This document shows positions 11,661 through 24,051 of a stretch of 39,371 nucleotides of DNA, one piece after another. The first letter of the stretch is position 1, and each line of letters begins with the position of its first letter. The position numbers and the translations under genes are program-made. Under the pieces are notes generated by a model that did not search any database, was not told where the DNA came from, and saw only the letters and a list, made by a program, of their open reading frames with translations. Origin of the DNA: Chiloscyllium plagiosum (lineage: Eukaryota); the NCBI RefSeq assembly GCF_004010195.1, contig NC_057750.1, positions 7,730,333 through 7,769,703 on the forward strand. The letters run 5' to 3'.

Positions 11661-11945
11661 CCATGACCAACACGAGACTCCCCCAGCGGGTGCTCTACTC
11701 CCAAACGGCAGGCCAGCCCCAGGTGGGACAGAGGGAGCGCCTCAGGGATACCCTCAAGGCCTCATTGAGCCGAGTGCGGCCTTCCCACAGACACCTGGGA
11801 ATCACTGGGCCGAGACCGTCCACAGTGGAGGAGGGGCATCCAGGAAGGCGTGGAGCACCTGGAGACTCGCCGTAGGGAAAAAGCGGAAGCCGGGCGAAAG
11901 GAGCACGCTGCCTCACCAACGCCCCACCCACCCCTACGCCATTCA
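11661..11945 (+). mobile_element. RTE-clade LINE 3' fragment
   Basis: M..TRLPQRVLYSQ...GQRERLRDTLKASL resembles the RTE C-terminal motif RLPKQ.LY.EL...GQRKR.KDTLK. Confidence 0.7.
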
Positions 11946-11949
11946 CCAT

Positions 11950-12360
11950 ACCAATACTTCTCATGATTTTATAAACCTTTACAAAAGCTCACCCCTCAAC
12001 CTCCGACGCTCCAGTGAGGAAATTCCCAGCCTACCCAGCCTCTCCTTATAACTCAAGCTCCCCTATTCCCTGGTAAATCTCCTCTGAATCCTCCCTAGCT
12101 CAATAATAATATCTGTAGAACTGGACACAGTACTCCATAAGAGGCCTCACCAATGCACTGTACAACCTCAACATGATGTCCCAACACCTACACAATGATC
12201 TGAGCAATGAAAGCAAGCGTGCTTTACATCTTCTAAACCACGCTATCTATAGGTGATGCACTCTTCGAAGAATTGAATACGTGACTGTCTAGGTGTCTCT
12301 GTTCTACAACACTACCCATGGCCCTCCTTTTAATTGTACAAATTCTGCCCTTGTTTGTTT
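11950..12360 (-). mobile_element. CR1 LINE fragment
   Basis: Reverse complement of the ERRRLRG..VYKIMR coding region. Confidence 0.75.
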
Positions 12361-12362
12361 GT

Positions 12363-12890
12363 TCTTTCTAAATATATTTATTAGCAATTTTTTTTAATTT
12401 TACAAACATATAAAATTATTGACAAATACAATAACAAATATCAGTAAAATAAAAAACACAGGTTACAATACAACTACTGTCTACTAACCTACCCTATAAT
12501 ACAAAACAAACTCTAACACTGTGCAAAGCAACACTAATAGATTAAAAAAAAGAAAAGCAAAGCAAAAAAAAAACCATTAAAATACAGAACAGCTATGCTC
12601 AGTGCAAAGCTCCTAAACAAAGGAATGGGTGCATTGTATATATACCCGTATTGACTCAGGAGACCCCCCTCCCGGGCCCAGGGCTCGTCAAACCTAATCA
12701 TCCTGGTTAATCAAACGTGCTAATTAAGATAGCTGACAAATCTATATCCAAATAACTCAAGTAGGGCTGCCATGTCTTATAAAAATGGTCTGTTGTGTGG
12801 TGCACCACTTTTGTAAAAACGTCCATAACTAATTTCTGCCATCCCACCAGCACTGGTTTGTTTTTAACAAAATGCTTGATCTTCAAGGGC
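12363..12890 (-). mobile_element. L1/Tx1-like LINE 3' end
   Basis: Minus translation GWQKLVM...HHTTDHFYKTWQPYLSYLD resembles fish L1 ORF2 C-termini. It is followed by a T-rich 3'UTR and aataaatatatttagaaagaa. Confidence 0.6.
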
Positions 12891-13106
12891 ATGGGAGTTT
12901 TTTTTTGTTGATTCCTTCCTGCATCCTGGGCAAGAATGGTGCTTGTCACCCATCCCCAATTGCCCTGGAAGCGAGTGGCTTGCTAAGGCGCTTCAGAAGG
13001 CAATCATAGACAGGCCGGACGGGGTAAGATTTCCCTCCCTGAACGGCAGTGGTGAACTAGTTTGTTTTAACAATAATGCGATTGTTTCTCTGTCTCTCCC
13101 ACTCCA

Positions 13107-13620
13107 CATTAGAATCCCCACTGTGTGGAGACAGGCCCTTCGGCCCAACAAGTCCGCACCGAGCCTCTGAAGATTATCTCACCCAAACCCATTCCTCTAC
13201 ACTTACCCATTGCTCATGTATCTAACCTACACATCCCTGAATGCTATGGCCAATTCACCCTAACCTGCACATCTTTGGACTGTGGGAGGAAATCGGAGCA
13301 CCGGGAGGAAACCCACACAGACACGGGGAGAATGTGCAAACTCCACACATTCAGACTTGAGCCCTCCAGTCCTGGCAGCATCTTGGTAAATCTCTTCTGA
13401 AACCTCTCCAAATTAATAATATCCTTCCTGTAACAACAGGGTGACTGGAGCTGGACACCGTATTCCATAAGAGGCCTCACCAACATCCTGCACAACCTCA
13501 ACATGACATCCCAACTCCTAAACTCATCCAGTTCAATCCCAGCCTCTGACAGTTGCCAGAGGCTGGGATTGAACTGGATCCCTGCGCTGTGAGGCAGCAG
13601 TGCTAACTACTGGGCCACCG
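13107..13620 (-). mobile_element. HE1-type V-SINE interrupted by an inverted templated insertion (13350-13548)
   Basis: The SINE reads ...aactccacac | insert | acagttgccagaggctggg.... Confidence 0.8.
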
Positions 13621-13659
13621 AAGTTTGCAAAAAAAAGAAATAGGGTTGTTTAGGCAGCA

Positions 13660-14295
13660 TTTAGCACACTTGCTTTCATTGCCCTCACTCTTGAGTTTAG
13701 GAGTTGGGATGTCATATTGAGGTTGTACAGGATGTTGGTGAGGCCTCTTATGGAATACGGTGTCCAGCTCCAGTCACCCTGTTGTTATAGGAAGGATATT
13801 ATTAATTTGGAGAGGGTTCAGAAGAGATTTACCAGGATGTTGCCGGGAATGGAGGGCTCAGGTTTGGAGGAGATAGGCTGGGACTTTTTTCCCCTGGAGT
13901 GTAGGAGGCCGAGGAGTGACGTCAGGAGGTTTATCTCATCATCAAGAGGAGCATAGATAATGTGAACAGCAAATATCTTTTGCCAAAGGTAAGGGATTTC
14001 AAGACTCAGGGCACATTTTTAAAACGTAAGACAAGAAAGATTTAAGAAGCACGTGAAGGGCAATTTTTTTTTTTCACACAGAGAGTGGTTTGTGTGTGGA
14101 ATGAACTTCCAGAGAAAGTGACAGACGCAGGAACAGTTACACTATTTAAAAAGACATTTGGTTAAGTCCTTGAATAAAGAAATGTTGGGAGGGATATGGG
14201 CCAGGAGCAGGTAGATGGGACTAGTTTAGTTTGAGATTATGGTTGGCATGGACTGGTTGGACAGAGGGGTCTGTTTTCATGTTGCATGACTCTGA
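13660..14295 (+). mobile_element. CR1 LINE 3' fragment
   Basis: RLYRMLVRPLMEYGVQ...KRFTRMLPG; tail catgactctgac. Confidence 0.85.
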
Positions 14296-14839
14296 CACCA
14301 AGTCCCACCTGCTCCAGACGTATTTTACAACATTTCTGAACAGAATGAGGATTAGCAAATATTCGTAACATTAGGGCTGCGCTGTTCTACAGAAATCAAT
14401 GGCTTCTGCAGGCACACCATTTTAATCACGTGTTCCAATTTTAAAAATCGAGAAGCGTTTACGTACACACACAATACAGGTAAAAGTACAATTGCGCGTC
14501 CATGTTTACTTTGCAAACATTTACCTCCAGTCATTAATCAAAACAGCAAAGCACTCAGAACGATCAGTCACTCTCCTTCTTTGTTTTATCATTTTACCAA
14601 CAAACACCCTAGGAGGTTAAAGGTCACATGCATATACTGTACAACCAAGAATCACAGAGCAGAATCTCATAGGTGGTGATTAAATCTTTCACGTCTGCCT
14701 ACTCTCAGAATACTGAGACTCTTTAGAGATAAGACGGTGTCCATTACCCATTTCTTTATCTGCTAACCAAGAATGCAGTTATCAACATCTGGTTCCCCCC
14801 AATTAGCCACATGTGCCTTGGTCAACTGCACTTTTAGTA

Positions 14840-15140
14840 GTACAGTGGTTAGCACTGTTGCCTCACAGCACCAGGCACCCAGGTTCGATTCCAGGCTCAG
14901 GCAACTGTCTGTGTGGAGTTTGCACATTCTCCCTGCATCTGCAGGAGTTTCCTCTGGGTGCTCCAATTCCCTCCAACCGTCCAAAGATGTGCAGCTTCTG
15001 CTAAACATTGCCCCGTAGTGTCCAGCGACGCGCAGATTAGGAGGATTAGCCGTGGTTTAAAAAGCCCATGCAGGGTTACAGGATGCTAATCAGTGCAGAC
15101 TCAATAGACCGAAATGTCCCTTTCTGCACCAATTCTATAG
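14840..15140 (+). mobile_element. HE1-type V-SINE
   Basis: Head cagtggttagcactgttgcctcacag and V-domain. Confidence 0.8.
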
Positions 15141-16354
15141 CCGGTGTTACCAGAAGCAATTGTGTTGCAGAACAGATCAATCAGGGAGCCCAGGTTGCCA
15201 TGGTAGCGTGCGTTTTTACAATCAGGTTGCAGGCTGGAGCCGTGGGATGGTGATGGGAGAAGCTCAAATGTTGTCTCCATCACAGGGTCAACCAGGAATC
15301 TCTCCCGCTTTTACCGCCTGCCACTGGCGTGTGCTGGAAAGATCCGATGCGATAGGAAATCCTCAGATTGGCTGCATAATGACCACAGCCGCCTTAACCA
15401 TCCAGGCCTGGAGCGGGACTTGAACCCTGAGAGCTAGCTCAGAAGCAGCTAGACACCGTACCACAAACGACTCAAGCTTTGAAAACTTCAAACAGACCCC
15501 TTTCCTGTAGCCTGGCATCTCTACAAGTCTCAACTCGGTTTTCCCAGCTTCCCTTTCATTCCCTTTCTTGTCCAAGCCTTGAAGCAGCTCAGTCTCCATT
15601 AGACTCAACGTTTGCTTCCCTTTTCAGGGACAGAAAGCCAAAAGTATGAGACAAGAGATCTCTCATCACTATCCTAAACAGACATCACCTCCTTTTCTTC
15701 TCGATTCTCGGCCCCAAATTACTCATCAATTGCAGCGACAATTGTTTCAAAAGACTGTGAAGTCTTTGCATAACAAGATCCCAGTGAATTGATCTGTTCT
15801 GGGTGACAGCACTGGGGAGACACTGGTAAAACTTGGGAGTTGTCAGAATCTTCAAGGTCCACTGAAACTCGCAACCATGTAACATCCAGGACCCCCAGCA
15901 CCTTCCAACATTAGGAACTCAAAGACTTGAACCCCAGACTTGAACCTACAGAGTTCTGACTGAGAGGAGAGAGTGTGATGTCTAGGCTGAGGTGATATTA
16001 GTCCTGTGTGACTATTTCCTGTGTGACTATCTTCACTTCTGCTGGCAAACCAACAGGAGCAAGGGAAAGGCATTAAAACCCCAGCTTTAAATCAACATAC
16101 CATCACCAAACAAAACCATAAATAAAACAAAGACTTATATTTACAAAGCACCTTTAGCTCAAGTTAACTGTGGCTCAGTGGGTAAGAACCCTCATCTCTA
16201 AGGTTCGAGTTCTGCTTTAGGCCTTGACCAATAGACATCAATGCTGACCTTTCAGTCTATTCCTGATGGAATGCAGTACTTTCAGTACCCTGATACCAGG
16301 GCCTCAGCTGCACTTTTGAGTTGGACTGACATAATGCCATGGGATCTTTTAAAG

Positions 16355-16890
16355 AGCATTTGGAAGACTGTGTTCAATTCTGGTCTCCTTGCTGTAGGAA
16401 AGATGTTGTGAAACTTGAAAGGGTTCAGTAAAGATTTACAAGGATGTTGCCTGGGTTGGAGGGTTTGAGCTACAGGGAGAGGCTGAATAGGCTGGGGCTG
16501 TTTTCCCTGGAGTGTTCGAGGCTGAGGGGTGGCCTCACAGAGTTTTATAAAACCATATGAGGGGCACTGATAGGGTAAATAGCACAGTGTAGGGGAGTCC
16601 AAAACTAGAGGGCATAGGTTTAAGGAGAGAGGGGAAAGATTTAAAAGGGACCCAAGAGGCAACTTTTTCCACACAGAGGGTGGTGCGTGTATGGAATGAG
16701 CTGCCAGAGGAAGTGGTGGAGGCTGGTACAATTACAGCATTTAAAAGGCATCTGGATGGGTATACGAATAGGAAGGGTTTGGAGGGATATACGCCAAGGG
16801 ATATGGCAAATGGGACTCAATTAGGTTAGGATATCTGGTTGGCATGGACGAGTTAGACCAAAGGGTCTGTTTCCGTGCTGTATAACTCTG
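16355..16890 (+). mobile_element. CR1/HER1 LINE 3' fragment
   Basis: High identity by eye to the copies at 2126 and 20939. Confidence 0.85.
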
Positions 16891-16899
16891 GCTCTCTTT

Positions 16900-17038
16900 G
16901 GTTAAAAACAGAAAGAACTGCAGATGCTGTAAATCAGAAACAAAAACACAAATTGCTGGAAAAGCTCAGTAGGTCTGGCAGCATCCGTAGAGAGAAATCA
17001 AAGTTGATATTTCAGGTCGAGTGACCTTTCCTCGGAAC
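16900..17038 (-). mobile_element. Penelope-type family B element
   Basis: Matches the arm of 1386-1575; decayed hammerhead at about 17002-17037. Confidence 0.65.
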
Positions 17039-17939
17039 TTTCCCAACAACGTGTTTCGGTGCATGGTATCACGGTCAATGTTTGCTCTTCTGTCAAAATT
17101 CACAAAAGAACAGAAATATTTGGTCATGACCATACTGCTGTTTGTGGGATCTTGCTGAGCGCAAGTTGGCTTCATACTTCTCCACATTGCTGCAACAACA
17201 ACCACACTTCAAAACAAAATCAAAAAGGACAGGACATTGTTTTTTTTCTGCCTTTAATTTAAAACATTGAATGATTTTTAAGAAAGAGATAAATATGGTT
17301 CTTGGGGTTAAAGGGTAAAGGAGAAAGCTGGCACAGGGAACTGAGTCGGATGATCACCCATGGTTACAACAAATGGGGGAGCAGGCTTGAAGGGCCGAGT
17401 GGTCTACTTCTGCTCTTACCTTCTATGTTTAATACAAGTAATTGCCTGGAAAATCACCGTCAGTAACTTCATAGGCTGAGCGCAGGTAGGATATGCTCAC
17501 GTAAGTGTTGCAGCAGGAATAAAATGTTTTAATGATATTTGCTGAGAAATGACACATCTCAGGGACCTTCCCTGACACCCTACAAAATAGAGCTGTGCAC
17601 GCTTCAGTAACAAATGCTCCCTCTTTTGCAATTTTACATCTGAGAGACTGAGTGTAGCACACCCTTAATACTGCACTGGTAACGCCAAGACCAGATTGTA
17701 CACTTAAGTGTCTGGAGCGAAACTTGAACCCGCTATCATTCAGAGGCAACACTGCTACGCACTGAGACAGAGCGGACACCAAGCAGTGTCTAAGGCAAGA
17801 GTTTAGATGTTATTGATCAGGTTTAATGAATCAAAATATTACAGTTATAGCCAGACAAGACTTTCTTGTCAAGTTAGAAATTGGTAAAAGAAGCCAATTG
17901 TGAACCAACAGACCCAATATTGATCTTTTTGGTTAGGAA

Positions 17940-18580
17940 GAGTCATCGTCATAAAGTCATCCAGCACAGAAACAGCCCCTTCGGCCCAACCAGTCTGTGC
18001 CGACCATAATCCCAAACTAAACTCGCCCCGCCCCAGCTGCCTGCTCCTGGCCATATCCGTCCAAACCTTTCCTATCCATTTACTTATCTAAATATCTTTT
18101 CAATGTTGGAACTGCACGCACACCCTACACTTCCTCAGGAAGTTCATTCCACAGGTGAACCACCCTCTGTGTGTACAAACAAAAAAAGGCCCTCATGTCT
18201 TTTTCAAATCTCTCTCCTCTCACCTTAAAAATATGCCCCCTAGTTTTGAAATCCCCCATCCTAGGAAAGAGACACCTGCCATTCACCTTACACTGTACGT
18301 ACCCCTCCAAGGTTTTATAAAGCTCCATAAAAGGTCACCCCTCAACCTCCTACACTCCAGTCAAAAAAGTCTCAGCCTACCCAACCTTTCTTTATAACTC
18401 AAACATTCCACCCCCTGCAACATCCTGGTAAATCTCTGCTGAACCTTTTCCAGCTTAATAATGTCCTTCTTGTAACAGGGTGACCAGAACTGGACACAGT
18501 GCTCTAGCAGAGCCCTCAATGTCCTGTACAATCTCAACATGACAGCCCAACTCCTATACTCAAAAGGACTAAGCAATGGA
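17940..18580 (-). mobile_element. CR1 LINE 3' fragment
   Basis: FEYRSWAVMLRLYRTL...VQFWSPCYKKDIIKLEKVQQRFTRML. Confidence 0.85.
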
Positions 18581-18642
18581 GGAACGACTTTAAGATGGAT
18601 TTATGTTTCAGTTGGATTCAGTCACACAATCAACATGGTACA

Positions 18643-18810
18643 TCCAACGGGTGCCCAATGAGCAAGCTTCCTCTTCCAACGGGGCGCCCAATGAGCAAGC
18701 TTCCTCTTCCAACGGGGCGCCCAATGAGCAAGCTTCCTCTCTCCTGGGCACCCAATGAGCAACTTCCTTTCCCCTGGGCGCCCAATGAGCAAGCTTCCTC
18801 TTCCCTGGGG
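18643..18810. repeat. Minisatellite, about 5 copies of a 30-33 bp unit (gggcgcccaatgagcaagcttcctctt...)
   Basis: CCAAT starts at 18655, 18688, 18721, 18752 and 18782. Confidence 0.9.
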
Positions 18811-19264
18811 TTAAAAGAATCCAACAAGGCACCGTGACGCTGGTTGAGGTGTAAATGCCCATAAAGACTGGCAGCAGTGAGAGGGGATGGACATTACTTA
18901 GCACTCGTGATTTTCAATCAAACGCAACAGCACCAAAAGAGCTAAAACTTTCAGTTTTAATACATTGACAATAATTTTCAGGACTGGAAGGGCACCTGTA
19001 TACAGGGTCCCCCTCTGACCAATATTGCCTTCTGAACAGCCAAGAGATGCCCTTACAGACAGGGGCTTCAATCAGATCAATGCGCAGAAGATGTTTCTCC
19101 ATTTTTGTTGGGTGGGGCAAGGTGGGGTCATTACAAGGCAGTTGTTAATGAATCCCAGCTGGGGAATTCCAGAGAAACAGATTCAGGGATTGCTTATACA
19201 GATCCAAAGGGACCGACAAGACCGCCCTGAAGGAGGAGCCAATTACTGCAGATGCTGGGATCTT

Positions 19265-19582
19265 AGATTAGATTCGATTCCCTACAGTGTGGAAACAGGC
19301 CCTTCGGCCCAGCAAGTCCACACTGACCCTCTGAAGAGCAACCCACCCAGACCCATTTCCCTCTGACTAATGCATCTAACATGATGAGCAAATTAGCATG
19401 GCCAATCCACCCTAACCTGCACATCTTTGGACTGTGGGAGGAAACCAGAGCACCCAAATGAAACCCACGCAGACACGGGGAGAATGTGCAAACTCCACAC
19501 AGACAGTCACCCGAGGCTGGAATCGAACCTGGGACCCTGGTGCTGTGAGGCAGCAGTGCTAACCACTGAGCCACCGTGCTGC
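19265..19582 (-). mobile_element. HE1-type V-SINE, near full length
   Basis: Head gggcagcacggtggctcagtggttagc, V-domain and (aatct)n tail. Confidence 0.9.
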
Positions 19583-19594
19583 CCCTGTCTGTAC

Positions 19595-20100
19595 TGAAAA
19601 CAAATGCTGGAGATCACCGCATCCATGGAGAGACAGCAGGCTAATGTTTCAAGTCTAGGTGACCCTTTGTCGGAGCTGAAGTGAAGTGCAGAGGGGACAG
19701 CATTTACAATTCGGATTCTCACACTCCAATCACTTAATCTAAACTATCAACATCTTTTCTCCAACGGCATCCTACACCCACTACCCCCACCTTCCCAAAC
19801 TAAAACAGAAATGCTCCCTCCACACTTCACTGCAGCTCTGACAAAGAGTCAGCTACCTGATGAAGGAGCGGTGCTCCAAAAGCTAGTACTTCCAAATATA
19901 CCTGTTGGACTAGAACTTGGTGTTGTGTGATTTTTAACCTAGACTCAAAATGCTAGCTTACTCTCTCTCTCCATGGATGCTGTCAAAGGGTCACTGGACC
20001 CAAAACATTAATTCTGTTTCTCTCTCCACAGCTGCCACCTGACCTGTTGAGCTTTTCTAACTTTGTTTCTGATTTCCAGTATCCACAGTTCTTTGGTTTT
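19595..20100. mobile_element. Cluster of nested and inverted Penelope-type elements (families B and C)
   Basis: Inverted pair at about 19595-19708 and 19810-19983, a family C insert at about 19855-19938, and a further family B copy at 19985-20100. Confidence 0.65.
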
Positions 20101-20639
20101 TCTGACAAGACTGGTCAACATCTCATCAGAAAATTGACATTGGCAACAGTACAGCACATTCTATGCCCGTACGGCTTTGGCCTAGATTATGTGCTAAATA
20201 ATCTTCGGACGAAACTCGGTCTCGTAGCCTCCTGACCCAGAGGCAGGAGCACTACCAACTGAGCTACAGCTGTGATCAGGGAGTTTCTCAGTTTAAATTC
20301 CCGGTCTTGCCCAGCCAGTTTCACCCGATGAGAAAACGTTTTGCAAAAAGCTGACAATACTTCAGAAAGTTTTACAGATATTTTAAGGCAGGTTGAGGGA
20401 GCTCTGCGCAGACCGGTTTTATGTTACAGACTTAAAAATGAGAAAACATACAGCTTCCAATCAAAGAGGATGATGTGGCGCTTTTTTCTTTTTAAAAAAA
20501 AAAGTATTGCGAGGATTCTGTTGTCAAGTCACACTCTGCAAGGTTCCCACATTTAAGTGGTGATTGTGGGGAGGGTGCTAGACACCTCTGCTCTGTGGGT
20601 GGGTGTGCACTTTTGCTCAGTGACTTGACTTTCGATTGG

Positions 20640-23285
20640 TTTTCCAACCAGGATCAAGGGGAACATGAGGCAACCATGGCTGACAGGAGAAGTCAGGGAC
20701 AGCATAAAAGTAAGAGAAAGAGCACACAATGTGGTAAAGATTAGTGGGAATCCTTTAAAAACCACCAGAGGCTAACTAAAGAAAGCAATAAAGGAGTGGG
20801 GGAGGGGGGATAAAATATGAGTAGAAGCTAGCGAGCAATATAAACTAATATTACAAGAGATTCTTTTAGATATGTATCTAACTAAAAAGGTAGGGACAAG
20901 AGTGCATATTGCAGCATTGCAAAATGAGCCTGGAGATGGACCTATATACTTAATGGTAAGGTCCTGGGGAGTGTTGCTGAACAAAGAGATCTTGGAATGC
21001 AGGTTCATAGCTTCTTGAAAGTGGAGTTGCAGGAAGATAGGATAGTGAAGGCCGAGTTTGGTATGCTTTCCTTTATTGGTCAGAGTATTGAGTACAGGAG
21101 TTGGGAGGTCATGTTGCTGCTGTACAGGACATTGGTCAGGCCCACTGTTGGAATATTGCGTGCAATTCTGGTCTCCTTCCTATCGGAAAGATGTTGTGAA
21201 ACTTGAAAGGGTTCAGAAAAGATTTACAAGGATGTTGCCAGGGTTGGAGAGTTTGAGCTATAGGGAGAGGCTGAACAGGCTGGGGCTGTTTTCCCTGGAG
21301 TGTCAGAGGCTGAGGAGTGACTTTATAGAGGTTTACAAAAATTATGAGGGGCATGGATAGGATAAATAGACAAAGTCTTTTCCCTGGGGTTGGGGAGTCC
21401 AGAACTAGAGGGCATAGGTTTAGGGTGAGACGGCAACGATATAAAAGGGGCAACTTTTTCACGCAGAGGGTGGTACGTGTATGGAATGAGCTGCCAGAGG
21501 ATGTGGTGGAGGCTGGTACAATTGCAACATTTAAGAGGCATTTGGATGGGTATATGAACATGAAGGGTTTGGAGGGATATGAGCCAGGTGCTGGCAGGTG
21601 GGACTAGATTGGGTTGGGATATCTGGGTCAGCATGGACGGGTTGGACCGAAGGGTCTGTTTCCATGCTGTACATCTCTATGATTCTATGTAGTAATGGGG
21701 AGCAAAGAGATGGCAGAGGAAATGAACAGGTACTTTGCATCAGTTTTCACAGTGGAAGACACTAGCAGCATACCAGAACTCCAAGACAGAGCCTCACCAC
21801 TAAAGAGGTCACAAGTCTGAAGGTGGATAAATTACCTGAACCGGATGGACTACAGCCCAGGGGTGAGAGACCACGAGACGTAGAGATGAGGAGTCATTGG
21901 CGGTGATTTTTCAGGAATCACTCTAGTCTGGGAGAGTCCCAGAGGACTGGAAATGGCTAATGTAACCCCCCTGTTTAATAAAGGAGAGAGGCAGAAGACA
22001 GGAAACCATAGGCTGGTTAGCCTGACCCTCGGACGTTGGGAAGATTTTACAGTCCATTATTAAAAGGATGAGATTGCAGAGTACTTGGAAGTTAAATAGG
22101 GTTGAGTCAGCAAGGGTCATGGCTGACAAATCAGTTAGAATCCTTTGAAGTGATAACAAGCGAGTTAGATTAAAGACAGCCCAATGGAAGCAATCCATTT
22201 GCATTTCCAAAAGGCCTTTGCCAAGGCGCTGCACAGGAGGCAGCTAAATAAGAGAAGAGCCCATGGTGTTAGGAGCAAGGTACTGACATGGATAGAGGAT
22301 TGGCTGACTGGCAGAAGACAGGGATAAACAGGATGGCAGCCTGTGATTAATGGGGTTCCACAGAGATCAGTGTTGAGATCACAACTCATGATCTAGATGA
22401 AGGAACTGAAGGCATTGTTGCTGTGTTTGCAGATACGTGGAGGGACAGGTAGCATTGAGGACGTAGGAAGGCTACAGAAGGACTTGGAGAGGCCAGGAGT
22501 GTGGGCAAAATAGCAGGAAATGGAATACAACATGGGTAGGTGAGAGGTTATGCACATGCACCTTTGTAGGAAGCAGCAGCTTAGACTAAATCCTAAAGGG
22601 GTAAGGCTTCAGAAATCTGAAGCACAAAGTGACTTGGGAGTCACAGTTAACATGCAGGTTCAGTTGGCAGTTAGGAAGGCAAATGTAATGTTACCAATCA
22701 TTTCAACAAGGTTAGATTACAAGAGCAGAAATGTACACCTGAGGCTGCAAAAGGCTTTGGTCAGATTACATTTGGAATATTGTGAGCAGTTTTGGGCCCC
22801 GTAACTGCAGAAGGGATATGCTAGTGTTGAGGGGAATCAGAACAGGTTGACAAGAACGATCCTGACAACGAAAGGCTTGTCAATATGAAGAGTGGGTCTG
22901 AACTCAACGGAGTTCAGAAGGATGAAGGGGACCTCATTGAAACTTACAGAATACTGAGGGACTTGGATAGAGCAGACAAGGGGGAAGAGGTTTCCACCAG
23001 TAGGGGAGACGAGGACCAGAGGGCACAGCCTCAGAGTGAAGGGACAACCCTTTCAAACTGAGATTAGGAGGAAATTTTTCAGCCGGAGGGTGGGGAATCT
23101 ATGAAACTTATTGCCGCAGAGGGCTGTGGGGGCCAAGTCATTGAGTGTATTGAAGAGAGAGATAGATAGGCTCTTGATTTGTAAGCGGATCAAAGGTTAC
23201 AGGGAGAAGGCAGAACCGGGTTGAGAAACACACGATCAAATGGAGGAGCAGACTCAATGGGCTGAATGGCCTAATTCTGCTCCTT
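20640..23285 (+). mobile_element. Old, long CR1-like LINE (reverse transcriptase region, heavily decayed), split by a younger CR1
   Basis: Remnants MNRYFASVFT, WKxANVTPLF, LISGVPQ.SVL-like and LVRLHLEYCEQFWAP; CR1 tail gggctgaatggcctaattctgctcct. Confidence 0.8.
20939..21690 (+). mobile_element. Young CR1/HER1 LINE inserted in the older CR1
   Basis: LLEYCVQFWSPSYRKDVVKLERVQKRFTRMLPG...; tail ctatgattctatg. Confidence 0.9.
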
Positions 23286-24051
23286 TATCTTTTGGTCTTA
23301 GGACTCCGTCATATTAGTGCGGACGTTGTGCACAACATCTTGATTGATTCCTGGGTGAGAGGCTACGTCGCTGCATCTGAAAATGACAGCAGGTACATCC
23401 AACCCATGAAGGAGAGAATATCTCTCTTCCTCTCCTTTCTGAGAGTGGAACCCCCCCCCACTCCCCAGAAAGTTACACTCCCTCATTGTCCTTTTAAGAA
23501 GGGAATTTGCAAAGGGTGAGAAGGTGTGGAGAGGAGAGCTAATAAAAAGAAATCTTCAGATACACTGAAAGTATGAATCCTCAACTTGTAATGAACTGAT
23601 GCTTCCACAACTTCACGTGCTCCAACAAGTCAACAGCCGGGAGGGAACCGAAGGAAAATATTGCCGTTGTCACTAGGAATCGGGAACTGGTGCCAGGACT
23701 GTACTTCACCTGACTTTTTTCTTCCTTTCCCACTTGTAGTATTTGCATATTGTCTTGTCTTCATGGGTGTGTTATACATAGGGTTTGTTTTCCAATTACA
23801 AAGTAGAGTTTTGGTTATAAAGAATTAAGTTAGTGCATCTTTTCTGCAAATTGTTGCAAATTATCCATTTGCAACAAATATCTGTTTTATTGTCAATTAC
23901 AGCAACCTATTGAGCACTTTCTGTTAACCTGGGTTTAGCAATCAGGTAACTGAGGGACCTTCGATAAATTGATGAAATCTCTTCATGTTTACCAATAATT
24001 CTAGGAACAGTAAGACTGATTCAAGTGTTGTGCTCTTCTTCCTTCATAAAG

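Noticed and set aside
15685..15885. Alternative PRKD first exon (66-aa minus ORF)
   Set aside because: No homology is recognisable and the only nearby donor (GAG|GTGATG) is weak.
18595..18904. ORFs over the 33-bp minisatellite
   Set aside because: The open frames follow from the tandem repeat and show no protein-family similarity.
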